Assembly: GCA_046153645.1 (NCBI GenBank)
Contig: JBJXGI010000082.1
Location: 1-14,098 of the forward strand
DNA: 14,098 bases
Direction of reading: 5' to 3'
Source of the DNA: Elusimicrobiota bacterium
GTDB taxonomy: Bacteria; Elusimicrobiota; Elusimicrobia; F11
Positions within the stretch are counted from its first letter, which is position 1. Each line of letters begins with the position of its first letter. Below, piece by piece: positions 9,601 through 14,098 of the stretch. Made by a program: the position numbers and the translations under genes. The notes under the pieces were generated by a model. The model was not told where the DNA came from and did no database searches. It saw only the letters and a list, made by a program, of their open reading frames with translations.

Positions 9601-11372
9601 TAAAAATTTTTAAAACCGATATTTCATTGGATGCTGATTTTTGGGTCTCTCATGGAGTTTATGTAACTCCAGATGATTTAGAAAAACTATTTGCGAAGGA
9701 TTCTCCCTATTTGACATCAACCAGAGTGTCATTTTTAGAAGAAATGGCCGAATCGACTATTCGATGGATGGAAATATTGGAATCATTGTTGGGGAAAAAT
9801 AATGGATCTGTTTCTGCGGATTCTTTTGAGAAATTGCGAATGGTTTATCGAGGACCATGGTATTTTGCTGATCTCTTAAATGGACTCATGCCCGATTCAT
9901 CTCATGGTGAGTTGTTAACTTATGAAACAGCAGAAAATAGAACACCCCTTCACGAAGACTCACTCATGATTATTCATGAACCAAAAGGAATCGAAGAAAA
10001 AACCGAAGAAGGGTCTCTCCGAAATTTTGCTGAAGCTGGACGTGTGGTTCAAGCCGTCACTCATTATTTAAACACAAAGCTCTTGAGGCCGGAGGAAGGA
10101 GAATTTCCTTTTTATGAACCAAAAGATATTTTAATTATTACCCCCTACAGCGCGCAAAACGCTTTGATTGGAGAGGTGTTAACCGTTGTCGCGGTGCTAA
10201 ACGACCTTACCACTAAGCAAGTATTAAGTGGAACCGAATGGGATTTGTTTCAGGAAATTTTAGAAAATCATCTTGATAGTGCTCAGGGAAGAAATATCGT
10301 TGATGCAGACGTCGATAAAATTTGGAATTTATTGGATGATGTCTATAACGGCAAAGGGATTCGAACCAAAAAAGTTGAAGATATTTTTACATTGCTTCAA
10401 CCTCTTTATGATCTTAACCTTCATGAACCTCATACGAGAAAAATTTCTCGGGATGATGTGAAAAATATATTTAAGGGAGAAGAAGAGGAAGTTGAAGAAG
10501 AAAAGAAAAATCATATTGAAGTAAGAACCGTTGATAGTTCACAAGGGCATGAGGGGCCTGTGGTAATTTTATCCATGGTCAGATCAAATAAACCTAATGA
10601 AATTGGATTCCTAGCGTCAAAAGAAGGCATAAGTCGGTTTTATGTAGCAGCCTCTCGATTTCAAGAAAGAATGGCCGTCGTTGGTAATTTTGTTACCCTT
10701 GAAAAGTACGGGATTTATAAAAGACTCATTCAAACCATTCGAAGAATTTACAAATCTGTTGGTTTAGAGTTTAAAGCCTTTAAGTCACCTGGAGAACCCC
10801 ATGTAAAAACAACGAAAAGTCTGCGTGCTGCTTGGGATGTTTCTTTCGGGAATGAAAATTTAGACGAACTTTTTGACAAAAATGTAGCCGGACCTGTCGA
10901 ATCTCTTATTTTCCTTTCAATGTTGGGTTATGGTTTTACTGTTCTTTTTACGCAAGGTTTCACGCTGGGCGGAATTCTTTTTCTTCTTGGCGGGCTTCTG
11001 ATTCAGGGTGTTGTTTTTCCAGCATTACACCACATAAAATCCAATAAAACTAAGCAACGTTCTTTTAAAAACGATGTCATCTTTAGTTGGAAAGTCATTT
11101 TTCTTTACGTGGTTTCCTATACAGGGTTTATTCTTATAGGAGTTTCAGTTGAATGGGCATTTTGGTTGTCACTCATCGCACCCAGTTTGTTTCACAACCG
11201 TGACAATAGAGCTGTTCTTCGACGGCTTAAAAGCATAGTTCCTGAGCCAGAGAGTTTAGGCGTTGGAGCCGTTGAACCTGTTTCGCCGTTAATAATTCCT
11301 CTTCCTGGCGTTGGTCCGGTTGATTTTGATCGAGGGCGTTATCGATTTGAGCTTCTAGAAAAAGCGGCTTAA
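540..11372 (+). CDS. Giant (3610 aa) multidomain signal-peptide/membrane protein with an N-terminal ChaN/TIKI-like domain and a C-terminal UPF1/DNA2-like SF1 helicase
   Basis: Uninterrupted 10,833-nt ORF in AT-rich DNA. ATG at 540 overlaps the upstream stop. It has an N-terminal signal peptide, ordered SF1 helicase motifs at about 8880-10660, and two hydrophobic multi-TM blocks. Confidence 0.93.
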   Translation: MLNKIKKIILVGLLIVFSWTNILTAALNSNPYFRVHDFKKNGASPVIIFQDIHGHPEAQRNIATSFSLFRDKRPIGVEGGTGEFDFSLYHELPNSKITKDIASQFLNENKIAAAEYYGLTMPSEKLIGIETSALYLQHVDVYKKANLNQQKIKKELNGWGQELLEKEKKYYPSSLFNLIQVQESYLNKKQSLTEYIKVLSEFEDLPLSLETFLVTVQLEKGLNFKNIQNDKDRFIEQLAVQMSSKEKLFIRELVLQVSNAEGKWSGPFSILFRYAADRGIKLNKFPHLNDYYRYLSLVDSLKMESIYDELSLHEESVFESLLKKCPPLAHNIFKARQYKLLLQKLAQFEMTPQEWDKWEKRKAPLDLNSMKHIPISLRDQSLLAPFEDFYRIADLRSADMVKHIIKNKLGRVVLGGFHTQKIENLLKANNVDYSVVRPKITSLKFEDTNIYLSAFAQKESFLEKFFLRWKLFLSHPIQMGTAPLLKMGDPVGEFEEVWMNKANKQEKKIAKPLFQKIKSTTRKILLRPSVKETFQYLSVFSAALVTLNPTLLVLGVFIQMYLFPRNHPRDGGRIYRTVMSVFVLLSATGVFLTAKDLFQNEWVALSFAIILIMVWHEWHIRTYQNVIKSRSMKSPLTPISKIYMAIHKLFFGDNIFLLSVEKFKPIDVSKFDFDVDIMSDEEFGALLFLVRLENIESVINLVSFTEQYYELIEKTKNTKRKAELEVVFADGIDILSRKLDEVGSSGELKIRFDRMKEKALGMPRSFSLVDNVIKYPSIILNLVNQLDDRQFSYFLKAITDANPPDFNVHLLILENLMEAIKLDSSNLIKMKLLGVFTNKFHAAMAYLAKNEKFYSDGNIDRIEKLLTFASDQWIGLIHEDPDLIRTKSVYIDVLVKYLKLGHKLGFENKIAEKFYPRIRSLLVYENKQFPNVYNALLKVVGMTPQLIAKKSDFSVLQDILDREFRDFLPAREEGMGPLPGFILVSAPGLLEKGDLRPFYEVLFVISKNFQELHQLSAERKTALVGSIELIAGIFTLINRPEISELLQVFIEELKKDRPDLSQIVSKSLLLSYQLKDPKITQNILMGFYHWINTNSDGYEGVKIISDFEDTKKPFCFYNKAFEKCFDGLTNEEFQPFIKFHIEGALNFLIFKNNDSYLGQIKFGLQEYLEKLVVYDGRVHFSLMGILEAVEAYPANYLGNTLSEYLYSLTAPFLNVDWIDKFPAEVFKMSQYVLKLSVSKKSNLPQLYFIYSESAKKASQWNIALYDGKQSYVAINFSRLTKNLTPQELELFNYDFIPFLFDLYRDRSYSLVLSYLSAYLSFLEKKSEFKKSLSNRNKAILGILWENSQIKRESSSPDEQGLKRVIDAIYLLLSDDDRTLIQEKIVKRLFMDYLIELAIKKSNLKYISVAQLIFKDLSSSTSEGFSTRSFPLLNGLEIPGDQDLSTLNPFLPAVIKQDVVERNGEREILNVPIFPIVDEVDEILLVTKKSQINAANKKEGGDNNSVHENWEPSEIESISIYSSSRLEKEIWKSLHSKDPLSGLARIKKDLVEKTPFFPWVSKYISVITLIELGLNKETPDLDEVFKCLHKLVYDSPYSLAYFESISFFMRDLVHIDWQFLKPVINKFMLFQGKNIYMTDAEKMMLSFFYFRLLGRIEDDELSSWLKPASEELRLFLNLFLDKKNKNIVFNPAPYQPMKNIETISYVLGIPFSSDDYKFDDSENEFMSTWPGVLEIKNELKLVYRVMSGSIEKGNIERISTDRVKNIAAKTVFSDLLEKVLLMGELGSSRDYILALRVADLYSRLFSTGKGIENLTFYSHAFYPAVSHLDPTGRWFLDAISVSSQMLKLIQKSSPSVFRDGLIASVDEILEKCETFAKNLGTYCSALLSEEVSRVILSGKIDQDVNFIVEINKGSFLDFYLSMFKWEITTIIKMLKRGIGQNGVFRDFLRGNFIFAIFLLNPTESWAHSLKRLRNEISAENGFSDQELRIAKIFESFFSSEKSSKEKLESLVYYVELSFQNSRTKVAEGFLFPFAMLLALVKEEDPEFVRTVSFPVFEKLAQKNDDPEFKLKVSFLKYVLDNFNDPQKLLQKIEEKDFCKLDPGEKLDLKLILAYKLQIPEAKQYMLDFLNGAPSYFQNDFSLHNLLTSGSIFPLFKDAIWAYTKNYFQDNDTSWKTLSGFSEKNMIRLLDLSVLLGYTEAGILRYTLIKTDDERRRLFNVMTPDQWFYLIAELIKEKKIKEAEEQLKNAQVHLRGIEYPETLLRQVEALLKPYQEARILIPKTAEQLRGLLRLENLGTLDEVLRSVPRYLFPYFNDPKTVNEIESFISTLTYLVDFLKRIDSITDDESIKKLLSDIRSSPLNKTHSNIAKFLVKVVEGIGSFENEMIKGDLSQAEQALFELDGILTQPNLRILRVDKSKDRVKKSKEEIDGAYLLLKDAATQKNWFGDNGVYPLIQSIFKRSKKHKPTRDWILQFSTEWLKQRQKEIGFNELKLIQNLVTIILETKVFLSGEEGSLRTIFKGFIKVRGVQVLRDLQSNLSFLQLKRAAQEYKQEKAGQVDTPFGQVKTVPIYQFSSTGFQVYVDERTRKKYLIIKELNLPEPNGKKMAVFSASDGSLFTKTNVGIIKDYQVVLKIPSKKPMRVPVLFVGMRDPKGSISEYAKFKTFPPGIIFEIDPRYSNDFDLLTVSEINRSTSSHLLRFIDDLKLVAQIRSLEKVVDRVGLNLDVPNTGNPLLNEMLGLQINLANLEGVFSKGKDNGKGKTTPTDNPRIPESSLQFANDKLDPFQQSAVKKIIKKVKKGQPGFMVVQGSPGSGKTTLSAEEAHQLTKEGHIVVALSHTHFAANNLAKKLINKIPFIRAAAVDKKIVKSLRGYHSRRLKDLWEFIEKREMALKLRQTPPGFVYISTADGLFGDPIFKLFDLYLTGAPMNDVRDYYSYLSNMLMKEKIIFDKNGEGEKSRSYTPIVLCLEESGQLTKAEELAAMELLRADVLYSIGDHDQLPPYGANLSDKKEILDQMKQGLKIFKTDISLDADFWVSHGVYVTPDDLEKLFAKDSPYLTSTRVSFLEEMAESTIRWMEILESLLGKNNGSVSADSFEKLRMVYRGPWYFADLLNGLMPDSSHGELLTYETAENRTPLHEDSLMIIHEPKGIEEKTEEGSLRNFAEAGRVVQAVTHYLNTKLLRPEEGEFPFYEPKDILIITPYSAQNALIGEVLTVVAVLNDLTTKQVLSGTEWDLFQEILENHLDSAQGRNIVDADVDKIWNLLDDVYNGKGIRTKKVEDIFTLLQPLYDLNLHEPHTRKISRDDVKNIFKGEEEEVEEEKKNHIEVRTVDSSQGHEGPVVILSMVRSNKPNEIGFLASKEGISRFYVAASRFQERMAVVGNFVTLEKYGIYKRLIQTIRRIYKSVGLEFKAFKSPGEPHVKTTKSLRAAWDVSFGNENLDELFDKNVAGPVESLIFLSMLGYGFTVLFTQGFTLGGILFLLGGLLIQGVVFPALHHIKSNKTKQRSFKNDVIFSWKVIFLYVVSYTGFILIGVSVEWAFWLSLIAPSLFHNRDNRAVLRRLKSIVPEPESLGVGAVEPVSPLIIPLPGVGPVDFDRGRYRFELLEKAA
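672..1860 (+). other. ChaN/TIKI(TraB)/EreA-superfamily-like domain with a large helical insertion
   Basis: Ordered motifs: IIFQDIH (H53, 696), IGVEGG (E78, 771), LIGIE, RSADM (R396, 1725) and VVLGGFH (H418, 1791), followed by helix-strand (IENLLKANNVDYSVVRP). This matches the H...E...R-x-x-x-M...G-x-x-H signature of that superfamily. Confidence 0.55.
2118..2414 (+). other. Multi-pass membrane module 1 (3-4 TM; degenerate CPBP/Abi-like motifs)
   Basis: Hydrophobic stretches FQYLSVFSAALVTLNPTLLVLGVFIQMYLF, VMSVFVLLSATGVFLTA and WVALSFAIILIMVW. Motifs PSVKE (E532), FPRNH (F563/H567) and HEWHI (H616). Confidence 0.6.
8130..10760 (+). other. Superfamily 1 helicase domain, UPF1/DNA2/NAM7-like (AAA_11 + AAA_12 type)
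   Basis: Q motif LDPFQQSAV (8883). Walker A QGSPGSGKTT (8961-8990). Ia SHTHFAANNL (9048). II LEESGQ (9441). III GDHDQLPP (9522). IV YR (9846). NFAEA. IITPYSAQ (about 10134-10157). V TVDSSQGHE (10527). SMVRSN..IGFL. VI RFYVAASR (10635-10658). A putative stalk helix and beta-rich 1B segment lie at about 8130-8650. Confidence 0.92.
10884..11210 (+). other. Multi-pass membrane module 2 (about 4 TM; degenerate CPBP/Abi-like motifs)
   Basis: Hydrophobic stretches LIFLSMLGYGFTVLF, GFTLGGILFLLGGLLIQGVVF, VIFLYVVSYTGFILIGV and WAFWLSLIAPSLF. Motifs AGPVE (E3454), FPALH (F3493/H3497) and HNRDN (H3552/N3556). Confidence 0.65.
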
Positions 11373-11373
11373 A

Positions 11374-11410
11374 CCCTCACCCTGGCCCTCTCCCCTGCGG
11401 GGAGAGGGGA
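11374..11410. repeat. BoxC-like extragenic palindromic element (possible terminator or mRNA-stabilising hairpin)
   Basis: CCCTCACCCTGG-CCCTCTCCCC-TGC-GGGGAGAGGG-GA. Perfect 10-bp stem (11386-11395 with 11399-11408) preceded by a pyrimidine-rich tail, starting 2 nt after the giant gene's stop. It matches the widespread CCCTCACCC..CCCTCTCCC..GGGAGAGGG repeat pattern. Only one copy is in the window and there is no strong U-tract. Confidence 0.75.
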
Positions 11411-11433
11411 ATCCTCTTTCAACGCAGTTTTTC

Positions 11434-11462
11434 TTGATTATCCATGAAAATAAAGGCAGAAT
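11434..11462 (+). promoter_or_regulatory. Possible sigma70-type promoter for dxs-tlyA
   Basis: TTGATT (11434-11439), a 17-nt spacer, then CAGAAT (11457-11462), about 40 nt upstream of the dxs ATG. Both hexamers match consensus at only 4/6 in AT-rich DNA. Confidence 0.3.
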
Positions 11463-11494
11463 ACGCGAAAGTTTTTCGTCGAATCTACACTCTC

Positions 11495-11501
11495 AAGAGG
11501 A
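11495..11501 (+). promoter_or_regulatory. Shine-Dalgarno-like site for dxs
   Basis: AAGAGGA immediately upstream of ATG 11505 (short spacing). Confidence 0.45.
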
Positions 11502-11504
11502 AAG

Positions 11505-13379
11505 ATGCCAATACACCACATGATTAAACATCCCAACGATATTAGAAATTTAAAACCTGAATTATTAACTGAAGTCGCAAAGGAAATTCGCCAAAAAATT
11601 ATTCAAGTTACTTCTCAAACAGGGGGGCATTTAGGCGCTTCTTTGGGGTGTACGGATTTGGCGGTCGCGCTTCATTATGTGTTTGAATCTCCAAAAGATA
11701 AATTAATTTGGGACACTGGCCACCAAGCTTACGCGCATAAACTTTTAACCGGACGTTGGGACCAATTTCATACCTTAAGACAATTTGGCGGAATCAGTGG
11801 CTTTTTAAACCGTTCAGAATCTGAGCATGATGTATTTGGAGCCGGACATGCCTCAACTGCTATTTCAGCCGCCGTTGGTTTTGCAGCCGCTCGTGACGTG
11901 CAAAAACAAGACCATAAAGTGGTTGCCATCGTCAATGATGGTTCTATCACTGGAGGAATGTCATTTGAAGGACTACAAAATGCCGGTCATTTGGGAACTG
12001 ATATGTTGGTCGTCTTAAATGACAACCAAATGTTTATCTCTCATAGAGTAGGGGCTGCGGGCGCATTTTTAGCTAAGTTTTTAACAGGGGGATTGGTGAA
12101 GTCGTTAGAAGCCCGTGTGGAAAAATTTCTGGCTCGGACGACTTTTTGGGGATCACACATTCTCCGTATTGCTAAACGAGTCAAAGTACTTTTATTTCCT
12201 GGTCTTTTGTTTGAAGAAATGGGCTTTTCATATCTTGGTCCTGTGGATGGGCATGACTTACCCAAACTCATTGAAGTTCTCCAGGCGATTAAAAAAATAA
12301 AAGGGCCTACACTTCTTCATGTTGTAACGAAAAAAGGCCGAGGGTATGAAAAAGCGGAGTCTGACCCTATTAAATATCATGGCGTCACTCGTTTTAATCC
12401 TGAAACCGGCGAAATGCAAAAAGCGCCCGATGGACCTCCTTCCTATACCAAAGTGTTTGGTCAAACCTTATGCAAGCTTGCCAAAGATGATGAAAAAATT
12501 GTGGGAATCACCGCTGCTATGCCAGAAGGAACTGGGATGGATATGTTCCGCGATAAATTTAAAGAACGATATTATGATGTTGGTTTGGGAGAACAACATG
12601 CCGTTACTTTTGCGGCAGGACTTGCCGCTGGGGGGACAAAGCCCGTTGTCGCGATTTATTCCACTTTTCTTCAACGCGCTTTTGATCAAATTGAGCATGA
12701 CGTTGCCTTGCAAAAATTACCCGTTGTGTTTTGTCTAGATCGTGGCGGCCTCGTGGGGGATGACGGTGCCACTCATCATGGAGTATTTGATCTTTCCTAT
12801 TTAAGAATGATTCCCAATATTGCCGTCATGGCTCCAAAAGATGAAAATGAACTTCAACATATGCTCAAAACAGCTTTAAATTATAAACAAGGGCCTGTGG
12901 CGATTCGTTACCCTCGTGGAGCGGGTTATGGTGTTGCCTTAGACACAACCTTAAACCTTATTCCCTGGGGAAAAGGGGAAGTGCTTCAAGAAGGGGAAGA
13001 AACAGCCATTTTTGCCATTGGAAATATGGTGCAACCCTCAGTAGAGGCGGCAAAAATGCTTTCCACTCAAGGGATTTCTGTGAAAGTGATTAATGCCCGA
13101 TTTGTTAAACCTCTTGATAAAAATTGGCTTTTAGACACCTTAAAAGGGATTAAAACTGTCCTTACTGTTGAAGAAAATGTGATTGCTGGCGGTTTTGGAA
13201 GCGCCATAAAAGAATATTTAGAAGGAACAGATATTAAAGTTTACAGCCTTGGAATTCCGGACCGATTTATTGAGCATGGAACTCAACCCAAATTGAGAAG
13301 TTTGGTAGGTCTCACCACAGAAAACATCGCTGAATCCGTCAAAAAGATTCACGCCTCAAACTGGCAACCTGTTGTTTGA
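11505..13379 (+). CDS. dxs: 1-deoxy-D-xylulose-5-phosphate synthase (MEP pathway, TPP-dependent)
   Basis: 624 aa with DXS hallmarks GGHLGASLG, WDTGHQAYAHKLLTGR, FGAGHASTAISAA, TPP motif (N)DG...LNDN, GPVDGHD, TKKGRGY, ITAAMPEGTG, EQHAVT, IYSTFLQRAFDQ, GDDGATHHG, IRYPRG and NARFVKPLD. Confidence 0.98.
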   Translation: MPIHHMIKHPNDIRNLKPELLTEVAKEIRQKIIQVTSQTGGHLGASLGCTDLAVALHYVFESPKDKLIWDTGHQAYAHKLLTGRWDQFHTLRQFGGISGFLNRSESEHDVFGAGHASTAISAAVGFAAARDVQKQDHKVVAIVNDGSITGGMSFEGLQNAGHLGTDMLVVLNDNQMFISHRVGAAGAFLAKFLTGGLVKSLEARVEKFLARTTFWGSHILRIAKRVKVLLFPGLLFEEMGFSYLGPVDGHDLPKLIEVLQAIKKIKGPTLLHVVTKKGRGYEKAESDPIKYHGVTRFNPETGEMQKAPDGPPSYTKVFGQTLCKLAKDDEKIVGITAAMPEGTGMDMFRDKFKERYYDVGLGEQHAVTFAAGLAAGGTKPVVAIYSTFLQRAFDQIEHDVALQKLPVVFCLDRGGLVGDDGATHHGVFDLSYLRMIPNIAVMAPKDENELQHMLKTALNYKQGPVAIRYPRGAGYGVALDTTLNLIPWGKGEVLQEGEETAIFAIGNMVQPSVEAAKMLSTQGISVKVINARFVKPLDKNWLLDTLKGIKTVLTVEENVIAGGFGSAIKEYLEGTDIKVYSLGIPDRFIEHGTQPKLRSLVGLTTENIAESVKKIHASNWQPVV

Positions 13380-14098
13380 ATTTTTCCTCTAAAAAAGAAC
13401 GCCTCGATCAACTTGTCTCTCAACAAGAAGAAATACCTCTTTCTAAGGCTCAGGCCATTATCATGGCCGGTCAAATTGCTGTCGATGGAAAAGTAATCAA
13501 TAAAAGCGGTACATTGATTGGCTCTGATCAATCTATTGAGTTTATTCCTTCTCAAAAATATGTCTCTCGAGGCGGTTTTAAGTTAGAGGGTGCGCTAGAT
13601 CATTTTCAAATCGATCCATTAAATAAAACTTGTCTTGATGTGGGATCTTCCACGGGTGGTTTTACGGATTGTTTGCTTCAAAGGGGAGCTTCTAGAGTTT
13701 ATGCAGTTGATGTGGGAAAAGCCCAATTAGATTTAAAGCTTCGTAAAGATGAGAGAGTTGTTTCAATAGAAGAAACTCATATAAAAGATTTACTTTTTTC
13801 TCAAATATCATCCGATATTTCATTGGTTGTTATTGATGTTTCTTTTATCTCTCTGGTTTCCGTTCTTTCTTACGTGAAAAATCTTGTAAAAAAAGACACA
13901 ATAGTGCTTTCCATGGTAAAACCTCAGTTTGAAGTAGAGCCCTCATTCTTGAGAAAGGGTGTTGTGTTAGATGAAAGTGTGAGGTTGTCTGCTGTTAAAA
14001 AAATTAGAGATTTTTCGTTAACGGCGGGATTTAAGTGTGAAGGAGAAAGTCTCTCCAAGCTGAAAGGACCGAAAGGAAATCAGGAATATTTTTTATAT
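13376..14098 (+). CDS. tlyA: TlyA family rRNA (cytidine-2'-O)-methyltransferase (S4 + FtsJ domains), 3'-truncated by the window edge
   Basis: Not in the ORF track; translated by hand from TTG 13376, which overlaps the dxs stop (TTGA). Sequence: MNFSSKKERLDQLV...AQAIIMAGQI...YVSRGGFKLEGALDHF...CLDVGSSTGGFTDCLLQRGASRVYAVDVG...IDVSFISL...MVKPQFE...KGVV...KGPKGNQEYFLY. Open for 241 codons to the edge. dxs-tlyA adjacency is common. Confidence 0.96.
   Translation, partial: MNFSSKKERLDQLVSQQEEIPLSKAQAIIMAGQIAVDGKVINKSGTLIGSDQSIEFIPSQKYVSRGGFKLEGALDHFQIDPLNKTCLDVGSSTGGFTDCLLQRGASRVYAVDVGKAQLDLKLRKDERVVSIEETHIKDLLFSQISSDISLVVIDVSFISLVSVLSYVKNLVKKDTIVLSMVKPQFEVEPSFLRKGVVLDESVRLSAVKKIRDFSLTAGFKCEGESLSKLKGPKGNQEYFLY

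Noticed and set aside
646..10514. Short alternative-frame or antisense ORFs inside the giant gene (646-831, 2663-2860, 4766-4999, 6781-6987, 10273-10461, 10329-10514)
   Set aside because: All are 61-77 aa, nested in a well-supported long CDS and without protein-family features.
10760..10880. Vsr/very-short-patch or other nuclease domain after the helicase, as in many bacterial UPF1-like defence helicases
   Set aside because: Only about 40 aa separate the helicase end from the TM module, and no PD-(D/E)xK, HNH or PLD motif is visible.
2400..11070. Recurring short peptides (RSF/RSY, SSP) as repeated cleavage sites in the giant protein
   Set aside because: Three-residue matches are expected by chance in 3,610 aa and do not sit consistently at domain boundaries.
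11466..11478. Small inverted repeat CGAAA-GTT-TTTCG upstream of dxs as an operator or riboswitch
   Set aside because: Only a 5-bp stem; the intergenic space is too short and lacks TPP-riboswitch consensus elements.
11768..12738. Nested ORFs within dxs, including the 130-aa +strand ORF 12346-12738
   Set aside because: They overlap a highly conserved enzyme in other frames and have no motifs; expected by chance.
13349..13555. 68-aa minus-strand ORF
   Set aside because: Antisense to the dxs end and the tlyA S4 domain, which explain the region.
1..14098. CRISPR array, tRNA/rRNA, transposase/integrase, intein or nucleotide tandem repeats
   Set aside because: None seen by eye. The only non-coding space is 11373-11504, and no characteristic motifs were found.

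Overview
AT-rich bacterial window with every supported gene on the + strand. (1) The 3' end of an upstream gene runs off the left edge and ends at 547. (2) Overlapping it by 8 nt is a 10.8-kb giant gene (3610 aa). Its parts, in order: signal peptide; a ChaN/TIKI/EreA-like N-terminal domain (QDIH..EG..R..M..GGFH); a multi-pass membrane module with P..E / FxxxH / HxxxN-like motifs; about 1,900 aa of apparently alpha-helical sequence; a complete UPF1/DNA2-type superfamily-1 helicase with a variant Walker B and two large insertions; a second copy of the membrane module; and a C-terminal 'P-h-[DE]-h...R-x-R...L-x-x-x-A' tail shared with the upstream protein. (3) A GC-rich BoxC-like palindrome lies right after the stop codon. 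(4) The housekeeping pair dxs and tlyA follows; tlyA is missing from the ORF track because it has a probable TTG start and runs off the right edge. The architecture recalls the giant proteins of Elusimicrobiota/Omnitrophota-type bacteria, but taxonomy is an inference. The main candidate novelty is a secreted or membrane-anchored giant protein carrying a nucleic-acid helicase between two CPBP-protease-like membrane modules. All domain calls come from reading motifs by eye; no searches were run.
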